From Girardia tigrina (lineage: Eukaryota), in NCBI GenBank assembly GCA_001938485.1, contig MQRK01245452.1, positions 1-64,000 of the forward strand: a stretch of 64,000 nucleotides of DNA, read 5' to 3'. The notes beneath the pieces were generated by a model, which had not been told where the DNA came from, made no database searches, and was given only the letters and a program-made list of their open reading frames with translations. Below, piece after piece: positions 12,029 to 23,700 of this stretch. A program made the translations under genes and the position numbers. The first letter of the stretch is position 1, and every line of letters starts with the position of its first letter.

Positions 12029-15000
12029 AGTAAGCTAATAAAAAGAATGGAATAAATTTTTAAAGTACACAGTGTGGCAATTAAATTCCAAGACTGACCG
12101 AGTAAAAATGACACTGTTTCGTTTGTTCTTTATACAGAGTATTCTTTGCTGATTCAATACACTTTTTACTGCGATTCAATATTGATTCAAATGACTTCTT
12201 GTGGTCATTATTTTGTATTGCCTCTAAGGTACTAGTCGACCCTCTTGGATGGTCGCAATTTCATTAAAAACACCTTCTATCAAACTTCCTTTTAACATTT
12301 TTGAATGGCGACAAGTCAAATTTTACTAAATTTTTGGAATGATTCAAAACACAGATTTTATATTGTGGCAAAGATTGACGAACAACCAACGAGGAGTTCT
12401 ATGGTATTTTATCGTGTAACAGACACCAGTCGCCAAGATAGCAATATTATAATCGGATTTGAAGAATTCTTCAATCAAATGTTGTAAATTTTCCAAACAA
12501 AAAGAATGTGTAACTGTTTGACTATTTGTTTTGAAATCAGGATGAAAAACGTTTTTGCTATCAAAGAAAACAAATGATAATTGTCTTGATTTGGATGGAA
12601 CTTTTGGTGTTGTCTCAGCTTGATGAGAAGATTTTGAGTTCGTTCGGTACTTTGATGCTCTTTATCAGATCACACTGACAAACCCATGTCTTATTATTAG
12701 TAACAATTGATTTAGTGAATGTCAGGCGATAATTTAAAACTTGTACGATCTCTCTAGAAGGTCGGCTTGCCAATTTTTATCTATAGTTTTTGTGCTGAAC
12801 AGATTATTACAGGCCTCGGATTGTGTACCATCTTTCACCTATTGTCTACCACCCAAAAAATGGTTTTGGTCAATCAAAGTCTTTGGTAAAAAAAACACTC
12901 ACTTCCATAAACTTGTTGCATTATTTTGAAGGTTTATGTGTCAGTTTTTTCACATTTTGCATGAAACGTTGTTCTATGTATTCCAATGTTAATAAAAATT
13001 ATATTATTAAACGAAATACCATGTACTTTAGGTGCGCCTTATAGTCTGAAAACTACGGTAGTATTTTTTTATATTCCAGTAAAGTAACGAAGTATGTTAA
13101 TATAAAATGAAATTATTTTTTCGACATTGTCAAAAATAAAGAAAATTTATTTCAAATTTTGATAAAGAAATATAATTTGAGTAAACCTAAGTTATTTTAA
13201 TATAAAAAATAAAATTATACTTACCGACATCGTAGAAACTGAGAAAATTCGGAAAATAAAATGAAAAAGTGAATATCATATGTAAGAAAAACAAATGAAT
13301 ACAATTACTATAAAAGCTAAAATTATTATGATTGTTTTTGCATTTCAAGACTTTATAATCAATCAAAATAAACAATATATAATTACCTTCTTTGGCAACG
13401 AGATAGCCTGCCAAAGCGTCAGGAATTGATGTACCTGCAGCCAAAATCGTCAAACCCATTACTGTGTCCGGAATCCCAGCTGTATCGCCTAATGTCAAAT
13501 AACTACATTACCGACTGATTTATTTGTTTTCTTTAAAATAAGAATATTTATCACTTTGGCAAATCCTTCAAAAAATATTCAAACAGCAGTCTCAATCTAG
13601 ATTTAAAGATATATGTGGTATCATTATATGAAGTAGACATTTTGTTTGTTTTTCTGTTTTGTTATGCCTTATTATAAAGTATATTCAAATATAACCAAAT
13701 TTTCAATGAAGATTCCCTCATCAAGATAAAAGTTGAAAGGTACTTTTTTCAATGAAATGACGCAACTTTGAAGAAATGTCTGAGTTCTCCATTTGACCAA
13801 TCAAATTGCAGTATTTTCAGTACAACAGAATAGAGATATTTTAGGCACTCAAGGGATTTTAATTTTTTATATTAAAATTTTATTTATTCTTAAATATATC
13901 TTATATTCTGATCGAACAACAGATTACATTGTAAATCAAAAATAAACAAAACTTTTGAGAGTATCTGAAATAAAACATTGATTTATTAGGGTGAACCAAA
14001 AGTTTTGTCATATTTTTTATTAAAAATTTAAACATAATTTTACAACAAATAAAAAACATTTAAGTTTCAAAGTAAAGGCCATTTGAATCTATAGCTTGAA
14101 CCCATCTATTGGCAAGTTGTGCGATCCCGCTGCGGTACCAATCCTTGTTCTTAGAAGCGAAGAACTGGTGACACCCGTTTTCGACCTCGGCCACGAAGAA
14201 AGTGTGCCATAGAGCGGAAAAGGGGATAGTCGGATGGTGCAAGATCCAGACTATACGCTGGGTGTGGAAGAAGTTCAAAGGCGTTGAGATTTTGATTTTT
14301 CCTTTATTTGTTTGGCGGTGTGTGGTTTTGGATTGTCCTGTTGTAGAAGAACTCGCTTTCGATTGATCAAAGCGGGGTATTTCTCGCAAAGTGCGCATAT
14401 ATTTGATCAAGTTGGGCGCAGTAAAGGTCAGGGTCGATGTTACGACCATTTGGAACCAGCTCGAAGTGAATCACGCCTTCGAAATTCCACCAAACACACA
14501 AAAGTGCCTTCCTTGAGAAACAATCTCATTTTGCTACCGGTTTCGCCATTTGTACGGGGTCCAACCATTGATTTTGTTGGTCTGTGTGTTACTCTAACTC
14601 CGCGTGTGTAGGTCGAGGAATGATGTTGTCTTTCTTTCATTTGCCTCTGTACATGACCTTGATTGGTTTGAGTGTTCTCTGTACATAGGCATGTCTTGAG
14701 CGTGGTGTATGTTGTGTTTGCAATGGTTTTTAAGGATTTATTTCATTATTTTTTTTACAACCCATCGATAATCATTTATGTAAATCCTGAAAAGTTTTCG
14801 TGTAGCTAAGAACTAATGGAAGTGACGGAAAAGGTCAGTAACGATAATGGAATTTATCAAATATTTTTTTTGGTTGAGGTCAACAACATTCCAGTGGTCA
14901 ATGTACCTCATAATTATGTTTCAAGTCATATTAAATGTACACCAGATAAATTAAAACTGAATATAATGAACTCCATCAAAAGTATTTCTAGTTCATGGCA

Positions 15001-18000
15001 AGAGATGCTACCTTCGTGTAGAAATAACACCAAGAAGTCAAAGATACTTCAAATCTATGTCAAGATATAGTAAACAGTGCCATATTCTTTAACTTAAAAG
15101 ATATGGAAACCACTGACATCAATGAAAAAAATTTGGAGAAAAGGTTCTAACAGATATTCAAGAGAAAAAAATAACAGCAACAAGGATTAGTGAATGCTTG
15201 AGTCTAATTGGCGCTGTAAATGACATTTTTAGAGAAGTCGATCACGCTACTGAAAGGAGTTCAAAATTTGCCAACGTAAGTTCTTACAATAAAATTCATT
15301 ACAAAAAACAAATCAGTCCAGCCAAATCAAAAAGTTACTGAAACAGAACCAGGAGACAGAAATTCTGAATTTATCATCTGATTCTGAATAATAAATTACT
15401 TTTGTACAAATTAAATTTTAATTCAATAGTAATGATTGATTAGAATTTAAAAAGTTAGAATAATTACTTACCGTTGGTTTTGATCTGCTTCATAGTCATA
15501 TGCTTTCAGTGATCTTAATAAATTTTTGTAGAGGTTATTTTTATTCTTATTTTCGGTTGTTGGTTTAATAGATTACTCATTTTTTATTGGTAAGAATAGT
15601 TATTCGTGGACGTACGCGAATAATTATTTTTACAGTCTGGATTACTGAAGTAAACCCACTTTTCATTGCAAGTTACAATTCGACGGATGAAAAGGTCATC
15701 GCATGGATTTTCAAACAATTTTTGACAAGTTTTGAAACGCTTTTCTGCTTGAATTTGTGTCAATTCATGAGGCACTTCTCGACAACGTCTATTGACATTG
15801 CCAAGAGCGTGAAGGTATCGTACAATGGATGTTTGAGGAATATCGAGTTCGGCCGACAATCTGCGAGTACTTATTGAAGGATTTGTCTCGACGGCTTCAC
15901 GAATTGCTCCGGAATCTACGGTCGGCCTGAACGTGCATTGTCTCCGAGGTCAATGTCGCCTTCGTTGAACCTTTTGAACCAATTTTGTGCAGTACGATAT
16001 GAGACCACATTATCGCCTTCAACTTGGCAAATATTTTTTGTTGCTGCAGTTGCGTTTAAGCCCTGTTTCCAGTAATGTCGTAAAAGAACACGAATTTCAA
16101 AATTTTCCATGATTTTTGTAAAAAACCATAAAAATTATATTAACGACTAATTAGAAGTTTTAATATCTATTGTGATAGAGCAGTTCAAGAGCTTTAAAAA
16201 TATATAACACATATATGTAAAATATCTTTATTTGATAATAAGAAACAATTGAACAAAAAGACGTATAAAATACGAAAAGACTTTTGGTTCACCCTAATAA
16301 TTATCATATTCAAAAATAAATTGAAAAATAAATTTCATATTTACTCTTCATTCAGATAGAACTAATAATACTTCGTATCAAAAAGCTTTGTAATAAAAGA
16401 TTTTGGGTCTCAATCGCACAAAGAAATATAAAGTACAAACTATTTGGCTAAATTACATGATTAGACGAATCATACGAAGCTTTAGTAAAACTTATAGACT
16501 TACAATCTCTCGGAAAGTGTAACTATTTTATTGAACAACGCCGGGGGCTGCCTTGTGACTATTTTGAGTTATTACATTCTTTATCCAAATTAAGACAATG
16601 TGAAATGCTTACTATTTAGAAAATAATGATTATTTCAATTTTTCTTAATATTTTATTTAATTTGATCAGTTTGAGATTCATGAAAAGAAAATTATATAAA
16701 AATCACAATTTATCTGATAATCAGAGATGAATATATATTAAAATATATACTTGAAAAATAATTTTTGTTGGAACTTTTTTTTAAGAAATTGATTATTGTA
16801 AATGTTTTGGAATTTCTTTTTCATTATCAAATGGGAAATTAATTCTTATATGATATCGACCCGATATTCCACCCTAACGTAACCATAAGCATAACCCATA
16901 TAAAAAATAGTAAATAATAGTGTAATAAATTATATGGTGATAAAAATGAAATTTCACATATGTAAATCTGGTCATGTGAAATATACTCTCCATAAGTTTC
17001 ACAAGTGTCACCTTTCAACATGTAATTTTATCACAGTATCAAATTATTTTTTCAGTATTTAAGTAAAAACATATGAGTCTTAGCATTCATCCACCTTCAG
17101 GGGTGGTGTGACAAATCTTCTACAAACATTTAGGAAGATATTTCAGTTACTACTGTTAAATATTAAGCTACAAAAACATAACTAATGTACTTGGAAATAA
17201 AAACAAAAATAATAATATACCTGTTAGACATATCATCCACACCAAAAGATATGTAATAACTGAGATCCAAATAACACTTATGGTAAAGGTAAGAAAAAAT
17301 AAATTTCTCCAACACCCAGGTTTACGACAATCAGGAATTGTTAAAAAGCACAATATAGTAACTGGTAACATAGCTACCCAATATAGTCGCTTGAGAAAAC
17401 TGTCAGGAATTACGAAAATTGAAGGTGATTCTCCATCTAAGAACAAATTAAACAACCTTATTCCAAGTCTCGTGTAAAAAACCAATGTTTGTCATATCTG
17501 AGTCCAATTTTACTACTGAACGTGCAGAATCAACATCTCCTGTTTCCATTGTTAATTCTTCATCAGTACTATCCATTAAATCAAGAGAATTAGGGGTTTT
17601 TTGTAGAATCAAAGGATTGGCTTCTTCATCATTTGAAACTTTAGAAATTGGTAATCGTTTTAAAATAAATGAGTGCACTTTCTCATTATTATACAACAAA
17701 ATTATGTAGAATACATATATAATGATCATAATAAATGCTTCGTACCTGAAATGATATTACAATTTGTCAGCAATACAAACTCAATTATTAATGAGGATAT
17801 AGTTAATTGTTAATTTTCACTGAGATAATCTAAGATTTTAAATAACAAGAGTTTTTAAAAACGTTTGTTATTGAAGCGTGGATCCAAAGAATATTTATCA
17901 TTTAATAATGTTGACAAAATTATATATTGGTAATATTTATAAATTGCAATTTTTAGAGTAAAATTTAAATATTTTAAAAGTTTTAATGGTCTAATATTTC

Positions 18001-20722
18001 TGAAATAAAAATTTATTCTTTCTTAGTTTAAAATTATAAAGAGGGAGCTAATTTTAATTTCTCTGATCGAGATTTACATAATTTAAAACTTAAAATAGAT
18101 TCGCCAAATAATAAATCTAGGTAAAAGTTAAATATTTAGGATTAAAACAGAATTATATATTGCATCTAATTTTTTTAGCGCAATTTCCATACTGACAATT
18201 GCGATTATTAATTGGTTATTTCTGTGTGGATGGATGGATGTGTGTCCGCAGCTTTAAGTCGTATCTCCTCCTCATCGAAGCAATATCGAGGGCAAGTTCC
18301 AAAAGCAAATATGTTAAGCAAGTTCGGAGAATGATTGTGGGCCAAAAAAATTCCCGGAATTCCTTCCTGGATTTCCCGGAAAAACAAAAAAACCTCGAAA
18401 AAATGCAGTTTTTGACCTATATGTCGGCAACCAGACCACTTAGCGACTTGAAACATTTACCAATCGATTCCTGCAATAATTTAGAACAATATTGCCGAAG
18501 AAAGTTTTCATAAATATCCTTTCGTTCGGTCACAAAAAATTAACCATAGTCAAATACTGATATAAACGTTTTAATATTTGGGCACCGAATAACATAAGGA
18601 AATTGCGCTTAAATTGTCACTAGACTTTTTATTAACTTGTTTAAAGAATTAAACTTAAATTTAAACAATGAAGTATGATTAAATTTTAATTAAATTATAG
18701 TTTTGGAAATATTAAATAATAAATTAAATATTATTTCTAAATTTTTGACGATTTGAAATTAAATTAAATTAAAGACTTATAATTGTTTGGGTTTCGAAAG
18801 ATATATATATTTTTATATGAGCACTTTTTATAAAATTTTATGTAGAAAAAATTTTAAATAATTCTTTCGGTAAAATTATTAATTTTAAACAAAATAATAT
18901 TTAGTTTAACAAAATTTGGAATTTAAAATTAAAAATATTTTAGTCTTTGTTTTATTTTATCAATTTTCAAGGCTGATGAAAACTACTATATAAACAGCAG
19001 CAAATTTAGTTCAGTTTGCCCCAAAATTTCTCTTAACAAAAACAAAAACCAAGGAGTCAAGTAAATTTGTTATAAAAAATTATTTTTATTTATTATTTTT
19101 TAAAACCTTTTTTAAACCAAAAGTATCCCGTATGGGAAAAAAGGTTTAATTTAATTAATAAACTATCGTTCGTTTTGGAGATTCACAGTTTTTACTGTAA
19201 TCTGTTAACTCGTATGTTTATGTTCTGTCATCAAGAATTAAATGATTATTATTATTTTTGACTTGTTATTTCTTTGTTATTTGAAATAAAGTTTCATAAA
19301 AGAATTTCTGTTCATTATTTATATATTTATGTTGGAAGTCCTTACTGATTAATTGGAGTCAGATTAACGATTAAAGATTAAAGATTTGCGTTTTTTAAAA
19401 AGTAAATATTTAAGATTAAAGATTTTAATACCCAACATAATTAAAGCTAAATTAAAAATTATTTTTTTGAAGTATTAAATGAGATTGTATGAAATATGAT
19501 TTTCTTACAAGCTTTTATTACGTTTCATTTGTTTGTGTATCTGGATGCATCAAATCTTGCGATCGAAAATTCACCCACTTCCCCTTCACCTAGCGACATG
19601 AAACTTTCAGGACTAATGTATTATAGGTGACAATACACTTTTTCACTGACACTGCTCCTCTACCGCGTTTAGTTTGGCCGCAAAAAGTAATTAAAGTGTC
19701 GTTCTCATGTTTTCCTCAGTAGTAGGTTTTGAAATTTGCTACATCTAAATGCAAATAGAAAGCGGGTTTTCGCCTAGTAGGCTTTGATAATTCAGTCAAA
19801 AAAAATGTAGGAAGTGAGTGAAACAGATAAAGAACCGCAAACATATGACAAATTATAAAGCTTGTACACCAAAAATTTTTTGGTATAATTATACTTATTT
19901 ATTTTTAGAGCTTTAAATTAAAAATAGAAATAATGTACTTTTCTAAATAGAAGATAACTAAATAACTAAAATAGGCGAAATTTAGAAAAATGTGGAAAAT
20001 TTATTTGAATTATGTGTATATTAAAATTATATTTTACTTATAATGGATATTCTTATAAATTACCTCAAATATTAATGTAAATAGCAAAAATAATGAAAAT
20101 TTATTATTACAAAACTTTAATTAAATCTAGAATATTCTGTCTGTTTCTTTGTATAAAATATACACCCACATTATCGACACAATTTGTCATTTGAGTGGCA
20201 GTTTATTGAGGCCATTTCGATAAAAAATTGGTCGACGAGTATTTATAAATTCATGGAAGGCCATACTTACTGAATCTTCGAAATTGAATTTTTTCCTATC
20301 AAAAAGTAGTTCGAATTAAGGAATTACGGAAAAAAATGATAGTCAGTTGGGGCTAAGTCTAAGTGAGTATGAAGGATGATGTAGAAGTTCCAACTCCGGT
20401 TCCTATAGTTTTATCAGTCTTAAGTGCATTATTGGATTTTTTTGTCTTTGAGCAAGATGGGAGTTGACTTATTTACCAAACGCAGCTGTATTTCCTTGAG
20501 TTTCCGCATTATATCTTCCAACTAGTAGCAGTCACGTTCCATGAAGTCATAATGGATTACACATGGTTGTGATTTGGTTCTTCATTTGTGTCCGCTCAGT
20601 TCGCTGAATGTTTGTGATTATCATATTGAATCTACTTTTCATCATAAGTGACGATTCGATTAAAAAGTGATTATATTTGTAACGAGAAAGGATCATTAAG
20701 CAATCATATATATTTTCTATGG

Positions 20723-20770
<48 letters not shown>

Positions 20771-23700
20771 TTACCACTTTATAGATCCATCATATAAAAC
20801 AAAAATCAGTGTAACAATCGAAATGCAATAGACGACACTATCCCGGAAAAGTGGCCACCATGTCAGATAAATTGCCTGAAATATTTAGATATTAATCGTA
20901 TATTAATTAAAAGATACATTGTAAAAAATTATAAAACAAAATTAAAGAAATTTAAATTTTAGCCTTATGAATATTGAATTGGACTTATACATCAAATTCT
21001 AGACAATTGTTGAAAGGAATGGGATGAACTAGACAAAACAGTCTGACAAAAACTATCCAACAATGAAGAACAACTGGGAGAATACTTTCAAGAATAATGA
21101 ATGATAATATCACAACTTACATAAGGTATTAGTTGAAAGAAAGCACTTTTGTAGGATAACGGCGGTTACTTTAAAGAATCCAAAATCGTGGAAAATATAT
21201 AAGAAATAATGTTTTATTTCTTTGTTTATACTTTCGATAATGTTTCTTTTGCAGAGAATATGTCTTGTAATTTTAAAAGTATGTCAAAACATCAAACGAT
21301 AATAAAAATTACTACTTATCAATTTAAAATGATGTATTGTAAATAATTAAATTGATTCCAAATAAATTAAATGAATATTGCTAAACAGGTCTAAACTAAC
21401 TGATCCCACAAAAATTCCACAAATTGCTACTATACAGAGAACATTAAAAACTGCTGATCCAACAATGGTACTGATTCCAACATCGTTAGCTGTAATAAAC
21501 ACCCCTAAAGATAGTGATAAATATTTTTTCTTCAAAACATTTTGTAACCTATAACTGAAGTGCATAACTCCGGAGCTGAACTTCCTGCCGCCATGAATGT
21601 AGCACCCGCTACGTCATGCTTAATATGAAGAACTAAAACAATAAAGGAAAATATACAAATAATTACAAATATTGTAATCACAATATAATAAATACTCCTA
21701 AATAAAATACAAATGGATTTAAAATGAATTGTAAATTTGAAGAAAAAGTTGTGTTTGAAAATATTTTTTTCTCCCTCTCATAAAAATGATTTCACATTGA
21801 AATATTTTTTCAAATCTCTTAAAAATATTACTGAGAGTTTATAAAAGTTATATTTTTGCAATTTAATACCAATAAAGTCTCGGCAATTGAGGAAGTATTG
21901 ACAATTTACTTGAATGAACAAAAATAATATATGATTTAGCAGAATTAAAAAGTGATATTTGAAGATTGTTGGTATAAAATTGCTTGAGTAGAGCCTCCAA
22001 AGTTACCTACTTTGTCGCACCAAAAGTGTTAAATTTTTTTAGGAAATATTTAAAAAACTTTTGAAATAATAATTGAATTCCAAGTATAATTTTAAAATTT
22101 AAAAAAAACAAATCAAGAACTAAATAAAATTATGGTAGTAATGAAAAAATTTCGTAAATTTAATTAAAGAAAATGAAATTATTTAATCGTCGAAAATAAA
22201 AAAAATTAAATGGATTATTAAAAAAAGTTAAATGGATTACAAATCTATATAAATTTATTTTTCAAATTTACAATAAAGTTTTTATAAATACCCCATAATA
22301 GATATTATTTAAACAAATTGTGAGGAATATTTTAAATTGTTTGAATGTGTAAATGTATTGAGGATGTATTTAAGTATGTTGAATTTAGAATAGTGTTCTC
22401 CAACCCAGATGGAAATTGGTTTTTTTTATTAAATTTAAAGGATTGACTATTCGAACATAATTAAAATAATTATTTGATAAGTCTATATTTTTAATTTCAC
22501 AATTAAAATTAGGTTTAATAATTTTTAGTAAAATTTAAATTAAATGAATTTTTAATAATTTGATGACATTTTTTATTATTTTGGGATTTATTGAGAAATA
22601 GTAAAAATTATTATTTTTTAATTAATATTTTTAGAGGTTAAATATTTTAAAAATAACTTAGAAAATTTGTTCGAATAATCATGATTAAAAGCAGAAATAA
22701 GAAAACCAATTAGAACGATGGCAAATGATGAAAGGCCTTCTGAGAGTTGTAATGACTCTAAACGTAATTGCAATAAAAATTCAAATGAGACTTGTTTAAA
22801 TGTTCTTAATACAAATAATTATCCATATTTTTTCATGTGAAATATTTCATTAATTAAATAAATATAAAATGTAAAACTCCCACCAGAAGTATTTAATGAC
22901 AGAACATTCTACTTTCATAGTTCTATTGTCTATAGTCAATTCCACGTCACTAATCCCCACACAGTTATCATCGCCATTTGCCAAAACAATTCGTTGCCCA
23001 TACGATCGTAAGGAGCTTCCCTTGATCAACCTATTCAAGACAACAGTTTTTGAGCAACCCGAATCTATCAACGGTGTAACCGACTTGTTGTTAACAATGA
23101 CAGTCATGGTTCGCAGCGCCGGAAATGTCAAAGGGCGAGAGCCGGTCGCCTACAAACTTCTCTGTCCGTTTCCCGACTTGCAATATTTTGCTATGTGTCA
23201 AAGTTGCTTACATTTATACCAAATTATTTGTCCATTAGATTGCCGCAGAGAATTTTCATAACGGTTTACCTTTGTTTGTACCGGATTTACATTATGTGTC
23301 ATACGGTGTTTTGTAAAGGAACTCCATCTAACACTGTTGACCTCACCTCGTTCTTTAAAAACGATGTTGCCCTGACTACCGTTTTCTACCGCTGACATTG
23401 AAATTTGTGGTACACATTTTTTAATACCTAAATACCTGCGACTATGTTCAAACATTTCTGTTAAATCTTAATCACTTGCCTGCTCTAAATTCAATTGCAA
23501 CTCAAACGGCAATCCAGTCAAAAAACTGCCTTGGTCAGATCGTTGATTTTTGATGCCTGCATCTTTACTTGGGAAACGTAATCGTCAATAATCAGTCCTA
23601 CATAATATTTCAAATTAAGTTGGCTGTTCGCAGATCGTCTGGTTAATCCGAATGAATTTTCCAAGATTTGCAGTACATCTCTACAGTTGCTTTGTTTCTT

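Noticed and set aside
18970-19020. Hammerhead-like CTGATGA followed by a possible stem, in AT-rich, possibly Penelope-derived DNA
   Set aside because: No GAAA core and no stem I or III pairing; at best a dead relic.
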